From NCBI GenBank assembly GCA_020832565.1, contig JAFIEI010000009.1, forward strand, positions 15,669-79,668: 64,000 nt of DNA. The letters run 5' to 3'. Source of the stretch: Salinarimonas sp. (lineage in GTDB: Bacteria; Pseudomonadota; Alphaproteobacteria; Rhizobiales; Beijerinckiaceae). The position numbers and the translations under genes were made by a program. The notes beneath the pieces were generated by a model that was not told where the DNA came from, did not search any database, and saw only the letters and a program-made list of their open reading frames with translations. This document shows positions 37,090 through 48,550 of the stretch, piece by piece (position 1 is the stretch's first letter; each line of letters starts with the position of its first letter).

Positions 37090-37601
37090 CTTAAAGCGAT
37101 CTTCCCCAAGCTCAGCATCAATATGGGCAACGCGCTTCCTGCAATCAAGAGTGTCAGTGGCCCGCGTCTCGTCAGGCTTCGAGCGATTACGTAACTATAA
37201 ACAACCAAAGCCGTCAAAATGATGACGATGAATGCATAGAGAATTATCGAGCCGCTCTCCGAGCGGAACAGGCCGAAATATGATTCTGCTCCCACGAACA
37301 GCGGAACGACACCCGTCGCTGCTGCAGGCGATCCGACCGGTGCGAAACCGTGACCGTATCCGAATACGATAATCAGCGTAATGAATAATGCGCCCGCAAA
37401 GGCGAAGCCCATGCGCTCTCGGAACGTTTTCGGAATTGTTCCAGGATCTTCTTCGGGGAGCACCCTGTCTACAAATCGATGGATAACTCTGCCCAACGCG
37501 TCTGAGAAGCCAGTCACTTTTAGCACCCGTTGCTGAATCGAGACGAGTGAAAAATTACCAACTTTAAATTGAGTTGTCCACAGAATACGTTGTTCTATCA
37601 C
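37086..37601 (-). CDS. Hypothetical membrane protein, about 4 TM segments (no family recognised)
   Basis: Hydrophobic segments GFAFAGALFITLIIVFGYG, VVPLFVGAESYFGLF, IILYAFIVIILTALVVYSYVI, LTLLIAGSALPILMLSL. The candidate GTG at 37601 overlaps the tyrC stop (GTGA). The minimal version starts at ATG 37412. Confidence 0.55.
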   Translation of the reverse strand: MIEQRILWTTQFKVGNFSLVSIQQRVLKVTGFSDALGRVIHRFVDRVLPEEDPGTIPKTFRERMGFAFAGALFITLIIVFGYGHGFAPVGSPAAATGVVPLFVGAESYFGLFRSESGSIILYAFIVIILTALVVYSYVIARSLTRRGPLTLLIAGSALPILMLSLGKIALS

Positions 37602-38545
37602 TCCTTCCCCGGTCGCCTCCCGAAATCCGGAGCATCCGTTTCCTGGCCGAGATCGATGATCGAGCGGCGGATGGAGCGGGTGCGGGAGAACAGGTCGTAG
37701 AGCGCATCGCCGTCGTCCCAGCGAATGGCGCGGGCCAGCGCCGCGAGGTCCTCGTTGAAACGCGAGATCATCTCCAGCACGGCTTCCTTGTTGTTGAGGA
37801 AGACGTCGCGCCACATGGTCGGATCGGAGGCGGCGATGCGGGTGAAGTCGCGGAAACCGCCGGCGGAGAACTTGATCACCTCCGACTGCGTCACCTGTTC
37901 GAGATCGGCCGCCGTGCCGACGATGTTGTAGGCGATCAGATGCGGCACGTGGCTGGTTATGGCGAGCACGAGATCATGATGCGGCGCGCTCATGAACTCG
38001 ATGCGCGCGCCCATCGCCTCCCAGAAACCCTGAAGCCGGGCCACGGCCTGCGGGTCGACGCCATAGGCCGGCGTGAGAATGCACCAGCGATCGTGGAAGA
38101 GCGTCGCAAAGCCCGCATCCGGGCCCGATTGCTCGGTCCCCGCGACGGGGTGGCCGGGGATGAAATGGACATGCGCGGGCAAATGCGGCTCCATCGCCGC
38201 GACCACGGCACCCTTGACCGAACCGACATCGGTGACGATCGCCCCCTCGCGCAGGCTCGTCGCCATCTGTTTCGCCACGGGACCACAGACACCGACGGGA
38301 ACGCAGAGCACGACAAGGTCGCAATCCTTCACGCCCTCCGCCACATCGGTGAAGACCGCATCGGCGAGCCCGAGCGCGTCGACGCGCGCCGCAACCTCCG
38401 GGTCGCGATCGATGGCGACGATGGCGCCCGCCATCCGGCGGTGGCGCATCGCATGGGCGATCGATGACCCGATCAGGCCGATACCGATAATGGCAACGCG
38501 TTCGAAGAGCGGTGTTTCGAGCGGTTCACCGAGACGTTCAGGCAT
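37598..38545 (-). CDS. tyrC: Prephenate/arogenate (cyclohexadienyl) dehydrogenase
   Basis: Rossmann N-terminus [17 protein letters not shown], plus [15 protein letters not shown] and the C-terminal dimerisation domain. Overlaps the hisC stop by 8 nt. Confidence 0.85.
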   Translation of the reverse strand: MPERLGEPLETPLFERVAIIGIGLIGSSIAHAMRHRRMAGAIVAIDRDPEVAARVDALGLADAVFTDVAEGVKDCDLVVLCVPVGVCGPVAKQMATSLREGAIVTDVGSVKGAVVAAMEPHLPAHVHFIPGHPVAGTEQSGPDAGFATLFHDRWCILTPAYGVDPQAVARLQGFWEAMGARIEFMSAPHHDLVLAITSHVPHLIAYNIVGTAADLEQVTQSEVIKFSAGGFRDFTRIAASDPTMWRDVFLNNKEAVLEMISRFNEDLAALARAIRWDDGDALYDLFSRTRSIRRSIIDLGQETDAPDFGRRPGKE

Positions 38546-39659
38546 GGATAGGCGCCTCCGCGCGCATGAATTCGGTGAGCGCGGAGATCACCAGCCGGTT
38601 GGCCTCTTCCGTGCCGATCGACAGCCGCAGCGCGTGCGGCAGGCCATAGCCCTCCATCCGGCGCAGGATCAGCCCGCGCGTGGTGAGATATTCATCCGCC
38701 TCGCGGGCCGTATGTCCAGGCGTCTCGGGGAAATGAACGAGCAGGAAATTCGCCACGCTCGGCGTCACCGTCAGGCCCAGTTGCGTCAGGTCGCGGGTGA
38801 GGATTTCAAGCCAGGTCTCGTTATGCGAAACCGCCTGTGCGAGATGCCCGTCATCGGCGATCGCCGCGGCGCCGGCTGCGAGGGCGGCGGCGTTGACGTT
38901 GAAGGGCGGGCGGATGCGGTTGACGATGTCGACCACATGCTCCGGCGCCACCATCCAGCCCAGACGCAGGGCGGCGAGGCCGTGGATTTTCGAGAAGGTG
39001 CGCGTCATCACCACGTTCTCGCTGGTCATGACCAGTTCGAGCCCGGCGGCATAATCGTTGCGGCGGACATATTCCGCGTAAGCCGCATCGAGCACCAGCA
39101 GCACCTGCGGCGGCAGGCCCGCATGCAGCCGCTTGATCTCGTCGAAGGGCAGGTAGGTGCCCGTCGGATTGTTGGGATTGGCCAGATAGACGATCTTGGT
39201 GCGCGGGGTCACCGCATCGAGAATGGCATCGACATCGGCGGTGAAATCCTTCTCCGGCGCGATGACCGGAACACCGCCCGCCGCGAGGATCGCGATGCGA
39301 TAGACGAGGAATCCGTGGGTGCAGTAGATGCCCTCGTCGCCGGGATTCATGTAGGCGTTGGTCACCATGGCCAGCAATTCGTCCGAGCCGTTTCCGCAGA
39401 CGATGCGGGCCGGGTCGAGGCCGAATTTGTGGGCGATGGCATCGCGCAGCGCGTTGGCGCCGCCATCGGGATAGAGCGCAAGCTTGCCCATCACCGCTTC
39501 GGCTGCGGCCAGCGCCTTGGGCGAGGGACCGAGTGGGGTCTCGTTGGAGGAAAGCTTGTGTACGGTCACCCCGGCGGGCGCCTTGCTCTTGCCGGGCGCA
39601 TAGGCCTCGATCGACATCAATCCCTGGCGCGGCAACGGACGTGCGGTCATCGTCTTCAT
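38538..39659 (-). CDS. hisC: Histidinol-phosphate aminotransferase
   Basis: [22 protein letters not shown], and the [18 protein letters not shown]-lysine motif. Start is ATG 39659 or 39650. Confidence 0.9.
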   Translation of the reverse strand: MKTMTARPLPRQGLMSIEAYAPGKSKAPAGVTVHKLSSNETPLGPSPKALAAAEAVMGKLALYPDGGANALRDAIAHKFGLDPARIVCGNGSDELLAMVTNAYMNPGDEGIYCTHGFLVYRIAILAAGGVPVIAPEKDFTADVDAILDAVTPRTKIVYLANPNNPTGTYLPFDEIKRLHAGLPPQVLLVLDAAYAEYVRRNDYAAGLELVMTSENVVMTRTFSKIHGLAALRLGWMVAPEHVVDIVNRIRPPFNVNAAALAAGAAAIADDGHLAQAVSHNETWLEILTRDLTQLGLTVTPSVANFLLVHFPETPGHTAREADEYLTTRGLILRRMEGYGLPHALRLSIGTEEANRLVISALTEFMRAEAPIHA

Positions 39660-39846
39660 CTTTCGGCTTCGGCTTGCTAAGGCACCTTCAACGGGCGCCG
39701 CCTTCGTAGCGCAGCTTGTAACGGATTTCACCCATAAAGACCGGGCAGCGATGGGCAAATCGACCCGGCATGCTGCCGCAGCCGCCTCAATCGGCTTGCT
39801 TCGGGCGCGGGCTTGGGTCATGACACGCGCGAGCGATACGAGAACC

Positions 39847-40944
39847 ATGACGAGCACACCCCATAACGATCACCTGCCGCGCGAACGCCTCGACGCCGTC
39901 GTCGACAGGCACGCGGTGCTGACGGCAACACTCGCCTCCGGCCCTGACGCGGAAACTTTCGTCAGGCTTTCACGCGAATTGTCCGAGCTCGAGCCCGTCG
40001 TCGAAGCGGTCATGGCGTATCGCGCCATCCGTGAGGAACTCGACGGCGTCGAGGCCCTGCTGGCCGATCCCGCCACCGATCGCGAGATGCGGATGCTTGC
40101 CGAGGAAGAGCGTGTGGCCGCCCGCGCGCGCCTCGCCGATGCAATCGACCAGGTACGGTTGATGCTCCTGCCGCGCGATGCCGCCGACGAGAAGAGCGCC
40201 ATCCTGGAGATTCGCGCCGGTACGGGAGGTGACGAGGCCGCGCTCTTTGCGGGTGATCTGTTTCGCATGTATGCGCGCTATGCCGAGTTGCACGGCTGGC
40301 GGGTGACCACCATCGCGGCCAGCGAGGGCACGGTCGGCGGCTACAAGGAAATCATCGCGCAGGTCACCGGGCGCGGGGTCTTTGCGCGGCTGAAATTCGA
40401 GAGCGGCGTGCATCGTGTGCAGCGTGTTCCCGATACCGAGGCCGGCGGGCGCATTCATACCTCGGCGGCGACGGTGGCAGTGTTGCCGGAGGCCGAGGAG
40501 GTCGATTTCGCCCTCGACGAGCGCGAATTGCGCATCGACACGATGCGCGCCGGCGGCGCTGGCGGGCAGCATGTCAACCGTACCGAATCGGCCGTGCGCA
40601 TTACTCACGAGCCGACCGGAATCAACGTCGTCGTCCAGGCCGAACGCTCGCAACACAAGAACAAGGCCCGCGCGATGGAGATCCTGCGTGCGCGGCTGTT
40701 CGACCGCGAACGCATGGCACGCGATTCCGAGCGCGCGGCCGATCGGCGTTCGCAGGTCGGTTCGGGGGATCGCTCCGAGCGCATCCGCACATACAACTTT
40801 CCGCAGGGGCGGGTCACTGATCACCGCATCGGGCTCACCCTCTACAAGCTGCCGGAAATCCTGGCGGGTGAGGCGCTCGGCGAGATTCTCGATGCGCTCG
40901 TCGCCGAGCATCAGGCTGCCTTGCTCGCGGAGGAGGGGCTGTGA
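39847..40944 (+). CDS. prfA: Peptide chain release factor 1
   Basis: GGQ motif ([18 protein letters not shown]), PxT-region [21 protein letters not shown], and the C-terminal [17 protein letters not shown]. Confidence 0.9.
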   Translation: MTSTPHNDHLPRERLDAVVDRHAVLTATLASGPDAETFVRLSRELSELEPVVEAVMAYRAIREELDGVEALLADPATDREMRMLAEEERVAARARLADAIDQVRLMLLPRDAADEKSAILEIRAGTGGDEAALFAGDLFRMYARYAELHGWRVTTIAASEGTVGGYKEIIAQVTGRGVFARLKFESGVHRVQRVPDTEAGGRIHTSAATVAVLPEAEEVDFALDERELRIDTMRAGGAGGQHVNRTESAVRITHEPTGINVVVQAERSQHKNKARAMEILRARLFDRERMARDSERAADRRSQVGSGDRSERIRTYNFPQGRVTDHRIGLTLYKLPEILAGEALGEILDALVAEHQAALLAEEGL

Positions 40945-41867
40945 CCGCCTTCACGGCGCTCATGCCGATCGGGGATGCCCTGCGGCAGCTGCGCGGGGCG
41001 CTGCGCGAAGCGGATATTCCCGATCCGGGCATCGATGCGCGTATTCTGCTGGAGGAGGCGGCGCAATGCGATGCGACGGCGCTCGCGCGCGACCCGCAGG
41101 CGCCCCTCGGCGCCGAGGCCGCGCGCAAGCTGTCATCCTGGCTGCCGCGCCGGCTGGCCGGGGAGCCGGTCGGGCGGATTCTCGGATACCGCGAATTCTT
41201 CGGCCTGCGTTTCGATCTCGCCCCGGCGACGCTGGAACCGCGCGCCGATACCGAGGCGCTGGTCGAACTGGCCTTGCGCCAGCCCGCCAGCCGCAGGCCG
41301 GGTGCACGCTTTCTCGATCTGGGAACCGGAAGCGGCTGCATCCTGCTGGCATTGCTGCATGCTTGCCCCGATGCGCGGGGCGTGGGCGCGGATCGTGCCC
41401 TCGGCGCGCTCGTCGCTGCGCGTGCCAATGCGCACGCTCTGGGACTATCCGAGCGCGCGGCCTTCGTCGGGGCGAATTGGATGGATCCGTTCAGGGAGGC
41501 GGCTGCGGATGCGGCATTCGAGACTGATTACGGCTTCGATCTGATCGTCTCCAATCCGCCCTATATTCCCAGTGCGACGATCGCGACCCTCGACCGCGAG
41601 GTCGCCGGGTTCGATCCGCGCCTTGCGCTGGATGGCGGTGCGGACGGGCTCGATCCCTATTGGGCGATCTGCGACGCTGCGAGCCGGCTTCTGCGCCGTG
41701 GCGGCGTGCTCGCCCTCGAACACGGCCATGATCAGGAACGGGAGGTGCGCCGCATTGCGGAGGAGGCCGGCCTCGAATTCGTCGATTCGATGCACGATCT
41801 CGGCGGCATCCTGCGCGCACAGGCCTTCACCCCGCGCTCTACCGCAGATGATGCGGCAAGCGATTGA
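40941..41867 (+). CDS. prmC: Release-factor glutamine N5-methyltransferase PrmC/HemK
   Basis: SAM motif [10 protein letters not shown] and catalytic VSNPPYI. The GTG overlaps the prfA TGA (GTGA). Confidence 0.85.
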   Translation: MTAFTALMPIGDALRQLRGALREADIPDPGIDARILLEEAAQCDATALARDPQAPLGAEAARKLSSWLPRRLAGEPVGRILGYREFFGLRFDLAPATLEPRADTEALVELALRQPASRRPGARFLDLGTGSGCILLALLHACPDARGVGADRALGALVAARANAHALGLSERAAFVGANWMDPFREAAADAAFETDYGFDLIVSNPPYIPSATIATLDREVAGFDPRLALDGGADGLDPYWAICDAASRLLRRGGVLALEHGHDQEREVRRIAEEAGLEFVDSMHDLGGILRAQAFTPRSTADDAASD

Positions 41868-42353
41868 TTCGGGATCTGCAATCACGGGTTTACGAATTAA
41901 TCGTGATTTCGTGCAAATAATGCTTGGCGTGAGTGGGGCGAGCGGTTAGTTTGCAAGCCGAAACGCTTATGGCTCGTCCATTCACAGTCGAATCAACCGA
42001 TTCCCGAAGGGGAGCGCGCGCGTTTTATCGCCGCATCAAGGTGTTACACCCGGCGGCAACAGGAACCCGACATGCCAGATGGTCGCCCGGGGCTTTTCCG
42101 GTCGTTTCCGCCTGATGACGGATGTTCGCACGGACGAAGGGGGAATCCCGTCCGGCGTCATTTCCTCGCACGAGATTATGCATGTGCACGATTCGGTGAG
42201 CTTGCTCGAAACAGGTGAACTTGTTCGAACCGGTGAACCAGCACAAAGAGCGGGCTTGCACGACGCAAAAGCGGGCTCGAACGGGCATGAGATCGAACGG
42301 CGCGGGCGTAGCGGGATTGTGGCATCGCGAGATATGAAGGTCGTAGAGCATCG

Positions 42354-43328
42354 ATGAGACCGACACAGAACAGACGCATGCGCGGGCGCAGCCGCGGCAA
42401 GGGGCCCAATCCGTTGACACGGAGCTACGAATCCAACGGGCCGGACGTGAAGGTTCGCGGCACGGCGCAGCACATCGCCGATAAATACGGTCAGCTCGCG
42501 CGCGACGCCCAGGCAAGCGGCGACCCGGTGGCGGCGGAAAACTACTTCCAGCATGCCGAGCATTACCTGCGCATCATCGCCGGTGCCCAGGAATCGATGC
42601 GCCAGCAATATGGTGGTCGCTCGGATGACGATTCCGACGACGACGATGACGATTCGAACGGCTACACCCACGGCTACGCGCAACCCGACCGGCCCGGCCA
42701 GTCGCAGCGCGTCGCGGCAGAGGATTACGATCCCGGCCAGCAGCCGCAGCCGCCGAGCTTCGATCCGCGGCCCGATCGCCAGCCCGATCGCGGCTTCCAG
42801 CCTCGCGGCCGGAACGATCGCGGTGATCGCCGCGAGCGTTTTCAGCGCGGGCAGCAGGATGCACGCGACGGCGGTGACGGCGAGGCCGAATCGCGCAACG
42901 AGTCGCGCAGTGAGCCACGCGGCGATTTTCGCAACGATTCCCGCAGCGAGCCGCGCAACGAGCGTCCTGCCCGGTCCGCGCCGCCTGTGGCGGAAACACC
43001 CGCAATCGAGGATGAGCCCGCTCCGCGTCCCACGCGAGCACGCCGCCGCCCGGCTCCCGCTTCGACGGAAGACAACGCGCAGCCCGGCCTGCCTGATTTT
43101 CTGACGAAGCCCGTCAGCCGCAACACGGAGCCGGCCCCTGCGGCGGATTCGGCGAATGACGGTGCGGAAGAGAAACCCAAGCGCCGCCGCGCCGCCACCA
43201 CGACGCGTCGCACGACGCGCAAGACGGCTGCTGCCGACGGGGATTCGGGTGCCGGTGGTTCGGATGACGCAGCGTCGAAAAACGATGCTTCCGACAGCAG
43301 CGCGTCCGACAAGACGGCAGCCGAGTGA
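42354..43328 (+). CDS. DUF4167 domain-containing protein with a long Arg/Asp/Ser-rich disordered tail
   Basis: N-terminus RGRSRGKGPNPLTRSYESNGPDVKVRGTAQHIADKYGQLARDA...AENYFQHAEHY is the DUF4167 pattern, commonly found downstream of prmC in alphaproteobacteria. Confidence 0.8.
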   Translation: MRPTQNRRMRGRSRGKGPNPLTRSYESNGPDVKVRGTAQHIADKYGQLARDAQASGDPVAAENYFQHAEHYLRIIAGAQESMRQQYGGRSDDDSDDDDDDSNGYTHGYAQPDRPGQSQRVAAEDYDPGQQPQPPSFDPRPDRQPDRGFQPRGRNDRGDRRERFQRGQQDARDGGDGEAESRNESRSEPRGDFRNDSRSEPRNERPARSAPPVAETPAIEDEPAPRPTRARRRPAPASTEDNAQPGLPDFLTKPVSRNTEPAPAADSANDGAEEKPKRRRAATTTRRTTRKTAAADGDSGAGGSDDAASKNDASDSSASDKTAAE

Positions 43329-43522
43329 CCAATGCGATTCCGGAGCGGGCCTGGGGCCGGCTCCGGAATGTCGCTTCGGTGTCGCTTTGCGACCCGCATC
43401 AGTCGATGCGCCGGTGCCGGTTTTCGCACGCATGAAGCGCCGGCAATCGACAGCGCCACGCAATCGGAATCGGGGCCGTATCGCGCTTTCGTTCGCGCCG
43501 AACCTCGGCTAGTCTCGTTTGC

Positions 43523-44065
43523 ATGAAACGTCTTATCCTGCTCCGCCACGCCAAATCCGACTGGCCCGCCGGCGTCGACGACCTCGAACGCCCGCTCAAT
43601 CCGCGTGGGCGTGAAGCCGCGCCGCGCATGGGCCGCTACCTCGCCGAAGAGGGGTTGTTGCCGGATCGCGCCATCGTCTCACCGGCTCAGCGCACCCGCG
43701 AAACCTTCGAGCTCGTCGCTCAGGCGCTTTCCGACATCGCCGGGGAAAAGCTGCAGATGCAGGTCGATCCCCGCATCTACGAGGCGCCGCCGGAACATCT
43801 GCTCCAGGCTGTGCGTGAGACCGACGATTCCGTGCGCACGCTGCTCATGGTCGGCCACAATCCCGGCACCCAGGAACTCGCGCAGCGCCTGATCGGTTTC
43901 GGTGATCGCTACGCCTTTTCGCGGCTCGCGCAGAAATACCCGACCGCCGGCCTCACCGTGCTCGATTTCGACATCGAAAGCTGGCGCGATGTGATGGAGC
44001 GCGAGGCGCGTCTCGACCGCTTCGTCACCCCCAAGGGGCTGGATGCCGCAGGTGGCGAGGGCTGA
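43523..44065 (+). CDS. Histidine phosphatase family protein (SixA-like)
   Basis: MKRLILLRHAKSDW (RHG motif) and the later MVGHNPG. Confidence 0.8.
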   Translation: MKRLILLRHAKSDWPAGVDDLERPLNPRGREAAPRMGRYLAEEGLLPDRAIVSPAQRTRETFELVAQALSDIAGEKLQMQVDPRIYEAPPEHLLQAVRETDDSVRTLLMVGHNPGTQELAQRLIGFGDRYAFSRLAQKYPTAGLTVLDFDIESWRDVMEREARLDRFVTPKGLDAAGGEG

Positions 44066-44085
44066 TCCGGCAGGCGCTCAGGCGC

Positions 44086-44301
44086 TCAGGCGCCATCGGG
44101 ATCGGGGCGCTGCATCCAGCGGATCACGGGCATGACCGGCAGGATCCAGGCGAGGCCGAGCACGGCGTAGGAAATCACCTGGATGAAATGCGGTGCGGCC
44201 ATGATGCGGCTATCCGCGATCGCCATGGCCACCGGGCCATAGAGCATGACGAAGATGATGATGGCGAAAGCGCCGACGAGTTTACGGGTACGTTGCGTCA
44301 T
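44086..44301 (-). CDS. DUF2842 domain-containing small membrane protein
   Basis: 71 aa with two TM segments (LVGAFAIIIFVMLYGPVAMAI, VISYAVLGLAWILPVMPVIRW). Typical neighbour of ctaA in alphaproteobacteria. Confidence 0.75.
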   Translation of the reverse strand: MTQRTRKLVGAFAIIIFVMLYGPVAMAIADSRIMAAPHFIQVISYAVLGLAWILPVMPVIRWMQRPDPDGA

Positions 44302-44484
44302 GACATGTCTGTCCGGCCTGTTCGGATCGAGCCGCGTTCGGGTGCGGCGAAGCTGTGACTAGCAGCTTCGTGGCGAAAACTCTATGTGTACCGGGCAAAG
44401 ACGTAATCAAGGGCGATACTGCCCGGTTGCCGAGTTTCGGGCGGCTTGCCGCAGGGGCCCGGTCGCAGCTTCGGAGAAGGACAG

Positions 44485-45615
44485 ATGGTGGCTGGGGATA
44501 CCGCAGGGCGCAAGCCGCTCGACGAGGTCTTCGTCCCTGATCGCGCGGTACGGATTTGGATCTGGACCCTGGTGGGCTTCGTCCTCGCCATGGTAGCGGT
44601 GGGCGGTGCGACGCGGCTGACCGGGTCGGGGCTCTCGATCACCGAATGGGCGCCCGTCACAGGCGCGATTCCCCCGCTTTCCGAAGCCGCATGGCTCGCC
44701 GAATTCGAGCGCTATCGCCAGATCGACCAGTATCGCCTGCTCAACCAGGGCATGACGCTTGCGGAGTTTCAGGTGATCTACTGGTGGGAATGGGGGCACC
44801 GCCAGCTCGGGCGTGCGCTCGGGGTGGTCTTCTTCCTGCCGCTGATCTTCTTCTGGTTGAAGAGCCGCATCACCACCGGCTTTGCGCTGACGCTGCTCGC
44901 CATCGGCTCGCTCGGTGGCATGCAGGCCTTCGTCGGCTGGCTCATGGTCGCGTCGGGGCTCGAAGCCGGCATGATCGCCGTGGCGCCGATCAAGCTGATG
45001 ACGCATCTGATGCTGGCCAGCATCATCCTCGTCGCGCTCGTCTGGATCGCGACGGGCCTGCGCTCCCGCAAGGTCGAGCCGACCCCGCGTGCCGTCGCCT
45101 TCGGAGCCTATTGGCTCGTCGGGCTGATCCTGTTCCAGACGGCACTCGGGGCGCTGGTAGCCGGATCGCATGCCGGCTGGACCTTCAATACCTGGCCCTT
45201 GATGGACGGCGCCTTCATCCCCTCGATGGCCGTGCTGTTTCCGCTTTCGCCCTGGTACGCCAACATTTTCGACAATGTCGCGACGATCCAGTTCAACCAC
45301 CGCATGGTGGCCTATCTGCTCGCGGGATTTGCCTTCTGGCATGCCTGGCGTGTCGCGCGGCTGGCGCCGGGGAGCGTGCATGCACGCCATGCCCGGATCA
45401 TGGCCGGGCTGGTGCTGGCGCAGGTGGCGCTGGGGATCGTGACGCTGCTTCTGGCCGTGCCGCTCTGGGCGGGTCTGGCGCATCAGGTCTTCGCGATGCT
45501 GCTCTTGGGCATGGGCGTCGTGCATGCGCGCATCGCCCGTCATGCCGCACCGGCCTCGCGCCGGGACGAAGCCATGCAGACGCTGCCCTCGGGCGGGGCT
45601 CAGATCTCGCCGTAA
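44485..45615 (+). CDS. ctaA: Heme A synthase (COX15/CtaA)
   Basis: [26 protein letters not shown], and FNHRMVAY histidine motifs. The ATG at 44485 follows GGAGAAGG. Confidence 0.85.
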   Translation: MVAGDTAGRKPLDEVFVPDRAVRIWIWTLVGFVLAMVAVGGATRLTGSGLSITEWAPVTGAIPPLSEAAWLAEFERYRQIDQYRLLNQGMTLAEFQVIYWWEWGHRQLGRALGVVFFLPLIFFWLKSRITTGFALTLLAIGSLGGMQAFVGWLMVASGLEAGMIAVAPIKLMTHLMLASIILVALVWIATGLRSRKVEPTPRAVAFGAYWLVGLILFQTALGALVAGSHAGWTFNTWPLMDGAFIPSMAVLFPLSPWYANIFDNVATIQFNHRMVAYLLAGFAFWHAWRVARLAPGSVHARHARIMAGLVLAQVALGIVTLLLAVPLWAGLAHQVFAMLLLGMGVVHARIARHAAPASRRDEAMQTLPSGGAQISP

Positions 45616-46241
45616 CGCGCGATCAGAGCCTCGGCCTCATCGAGATCTTCGGGGCTGTTGGCGTTGAAGAACGGATCCACCGGTGCCACCGGCCAGGCGG
45701 CATGAGCGACGCCGTGGCGCGCGGTCCAGCGATCGATCTTGCGCATGTCCTCTTCGACGAGCGCATGGCGCAGGTCATCGCGCAACGCCACATCCCACAG
45801 GCCGTTGACCGGATGGCTGCGCCCCTCGCTCTCGGCACAGGCGAGCGGTACGCCGGCGGCCTCGCGCGCCGCATGCAGGCGCGAGACGTAATCGCGCGGC
45901 AGGAAGGGCGTATCCGCCGCGACCGATGCCACGCAGGCGATATCGGGATGATGCGCCGCCACGTGATCGAGCGCGGCGAGAATGCCCGCCAGCGGCCCCG
46001 CGAAACCGGGAATGTCGTCGGGGACCACCGTGAGTCCGGTGAAGGCGAAACGTTGCGGGTCGCCATTGGCGTTGAGGATCAACCCGTCGCATTGTGCCGC
46101 CATCCGGTCGATCACCCGCGCGAGGATGCTGCGCCCGGCGATCTCGCGCAACGGCTTGTCGCCGCCGCCCATGCGCCGCGCGAGCCCGCCGGCAAGCAGC
46201 ACGCCGATGGTCTTGCGATAGCCGGTCGCTCGCTCGTCCAT
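45600..46241 (-). CDS. mobA: Molybdenum cofactor guanylyltransferase
   Basis: [20 protein letters not shown]-terminal motif and the later [12 protein letters not shown]. Its 3' end overlaps the ctaA 3' end by 16 nt (convergent). Confidence 0.8.
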   Translation of the reverse strand: MDERATGYRKTIGVLLAGGLARRMGGGDKPLREIAGRSILARVIDRMAAQCDGLILNANGDPQRFAFTGLTVVPDDIPGFAGPLAGILAALDHVAAHHPDIACVASVAADTPFLPRDYVSRLHAAREAAGVPLACAESEGRSHPVNGLWDVALRDDLRHALVEEDMRKIDRWTARHGVAHAAWPVAPVDPFFNANSPEDLDEAEALIARYGEI

Positions 46242-46336
46242 TGCACTCCCCCGTGACCATCAGGCGGCTCCCGCAGGTCACCGCTACATTGAGGATAGGC
46301 AACGCGGCGGAAATTGACGAGGGGAGGCCGACGGGT

Positions 46337-47443
46337 TCAACTCGTGACCGAAGGCGCATTCGCCTTCATCAGGGGGTTGCCTTCCGCCGTGTCGTTGAGG
46401 TGGCATGCCGAAAGGCGTCCCTGCCCGACCTCCTTGAGCGCCGGGCGCTCCTGGCGGCAGCGGTCGAAGGCGAAGGGGCAGCGCGGGTGGAAATGGCAGC
46501 CCGGCGGGGGCGCCAGCGGCGAGGGGATCTCCCCCTTGAGTGCCGTGAACTGCTTTTTCGTCGCATCGAGGCGCGGCACTTCGTCGAGGAGCGCGCGGGT
46601 ATAGGGGTGATTGGGCCCCTCGAAGATCGCTTCGGTCTTGGCCAGTTCGACGATGCGCCCGAGATACATCACCGCAACGCGGTCGGAAATATGCTCGACG
46701 ACGCCCAGATCATGGCTGACGAAGACATAGGTCAGGTCGAGTTCGCGCCGCAGATCCATGAACAGGTTGAGCACCTGGGCCTGGATCGAGACGTCGAGGG
46801 CGGCGGTGGATTCGTCGCAGACGAGGATCTTGGGATTGACCGCGAGCGCGCGGGCGATGCCGATACGCGCGCGCTGGCCGCCCGAGAACTGGTGCGGATA
46901 ACGCATCCGGGTGGTCGGATCGAGCCCAACCTTGCGCATCACCTCGGAGACATAGCCGTCGATCTCGCTGCGGCGGATGATTCCGTGCACGACCGGCGCC
47001 TCGCCGATGATGTCGACGACGCGCATGCGCGGATTGAGCGAGGCCATCGGGTCCTGGAAGATCATCTGGATGGTCAGGTCCGTGGCCCGGCGCTCGGCGC
47101 CGGTCATCTTGCTGACCTCCTTGCCGTGATATTTCACGGTGCCTTCGCTCGCCTCGAGAATGCCGGCAATGACGCGCCCGAGCGTGGATTTGCCGCAGCC
47201 CGATTCACCGACGAGGCCGACCACCTCGCCCCTGGCAACCGTGAGCGACACGTCGTCGACGGCCCGCACCACCTGGTCCTGGAGACCGGCTCCGAACAGG
47301 TTGGCGACCTTCTCGGCCATGTCCAGGCTGCGCGTGAAGCGCTTGTGGATATGGTCGAGCTCGAGGATCGGCCGGGACATGTCGGGGCCCGAGCCTGCCT
47401 TGGCGGCGCTTTTGGTAGCGGGATTGGCGGAAGGGGTGGTCAT
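46337..47443 (-). CDS. Peptide/nickel ABC transporter ATP-binding protein (DppF/OppF type)
   Basis: GESGCGKST, FSGGQRARIGIARAL, LVCDESTAALD, and a C-terminal Cys cluster (PPGCHFHPRCPFAFDRC). The ATG at 47443 lies downstream of the preceding gene's stop. Confidence 0.9.
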   Translation of the reverse strand: MTTPSANPATKSAAKAGSGPDMSRPILELDHIHKRFTRSLDMAEKVANLFGAGLQDQVVRAVDDVSLTVARGEVVGLVGESGCGKSTLGRVIAGILEASEGTVKYHGKEVSKMTGAERRATDLTIQMIFQDPMASLNPRMRVVDIIGEAPVVHGIIRRSEIDGYVSEVMRKVGLDPTTRMRYPHQFSGGQRARIGIARALAVNPKILVCDESTAALDVSIQAQVLNLFMDLRRELDLTYVFVSHDLGVVEHISDRVAVMYLGRIVELAKTEAIFEGPNHPYTRALLDEVPRLDATKKQFTALKGEIPSPLAPPPGCHFHPRCPFAFDRCRQERPALKEVGQGRLSACHLNDTAEGNPLMKANAPSVTS

Positions 47444-47466
47444 GACGATCGTCCTCGCCCAGTTTT

Positions 47467-48459
47467 TCAGGCAGCCGCAGGCGTCGGCGCCGACAGCGGA
47501 TGATGGCAACGCGCCGCGCGGCCGCCTTCATAAGGCGTCGGCTCCGGCATCGTGCTCCGGCAGATATCGGTGGCGTAGTCGCAGCGCGGGGCGAAGGGGC
47601 AACCCGGCGGCAGATTGGTCAGCGAGGGCGTCATGCCCCGGATTTGCGCCAGCGGTACGCCGCGCTTGTTGCGGCTGGGTACCGAGCCGATCAGCCCGGC
47701 GGCATAGGGATGGATCGGCGCTTCCAGCACGGCGGAAACCGGCCCTTCCTCCACGATGCGCCCGGCATACATCACCGCCACGCGGTCCGCGAGACCAGCC
47801 ACCACGGACAGGTCGTGCGTGATCCAGACCAGCGCCGTGCCGGTCTCGGAGCAGAGCTGCTGCACTTCCGAGAGGATCTGCGCCTGGATGGTGACGTCGA
47901 GGGCCGTGGTCGGCTCGTCCGCGACGAGCACGGTCGGGCGGTTGAGCAGGGCCGTGGCGATGGCGACGCGCTGGCGCATGCCGCCCGAGAACTGGCCCGG
48001 ATAGGCCTTCAGCCGCTCGTCCGCAGAGGGGATGCCGACCTTCTCCAGCGCCTGGCGGGCCCGCTCGCGGGCGGCCTTCTCGGAGATTTTCTCATGCGCG
48101 CGGATGGCTTCGATCATCTGCGTGTCGATGCGCAGCACGGGGTTGAGCGTGGTCATCGGATCCTGGAAGATCATCGCCACGTCCTTGCCGCGCACACGGC
48201 GAAGCTTCTCCTCCGGCAGGCCGATGAGTTCGCGCTCGTTGATCTTGATCGACGAGCGGGGATCGATCTCGCCCGGCGGGTCGATCAGGCCGAGCACCGC
48301 GAGACCGGTGACGGATTTGCCCGAACCCGATTCGCCGACGAGCCCGAGAACCTCCCCGGCACCGACGGAAAAGCTGATGCTGTTGACCGCGGTGACCAGC
48401 CCCTCACGGGTGCGGAACGAAACCGACAGGTCTTTGACATCGAGGACGGCTTTGCTCAT
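47467..48459 (-). CDS. Peptide/nickel ABC transporter ATP-binding protein (DppD/OppD type)
   Basis: [35 protein letters not shown], and the C-terminal [17 protein letters not shown]. Confidence 0.9.
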   Translation of the reverse strand: MSKAVLDVKDLSVSFRTREGLVTAVNSISFSVGAGEVLGLVGESGSGKSVTGLAVLGLIDPPGEIDPRSSIKINERELIGLPEEKLRRVRGKDVAMIFQDPMTTLNPVLRIDTQMIEAIRAHEKISEKAARERARQALEKVGIPSADERLKAYPGQFSGGMRQRVAIATALLNRPTVLVADEPTTALDVTIQAQILSEVQQLCSETGTALVWITHDLSVVAGLADRVAVMYAGRIVEEGPVSAVLEAPIHPYAAGLIGSVPSRNKRGVPLAQIRGMTPSLTNLPPGCPFAPRCDYATDICRSTMPEPTPYEGGRAARCHHPLSAPTPAAA

Positions 48460-48550
48460 CGCCTTACGTCCCTTTCTCTACTGCGATCGCCTTGAGGCGG
48501 ATCGGTGATGCGTCCAATGCCGCCGGCCGATGCCGGCGCGCCTGTTTGTG

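Noticed and set aside
40400-40460. RF1 reads PDT in the tripeptide anticodon region, where E. coli has PAT.
   Set aside because: The established motif is P-x-T with a variable middle residue, so PDT is within normal variation.
44071-44094. An 8-mer repeated three times (CAGGCGCT CAGGCGCT CAGGCGCC) between two convergent genes; considered as a micro-repeat or CRISPR-like signal.
   Set aside because: It has only three contiguous units with no spacers, and it overlaps the stop codon of the DUF2842 gene. It is most simply a small slippage repeat. No CRISPR architecture exists anywhere in the window.
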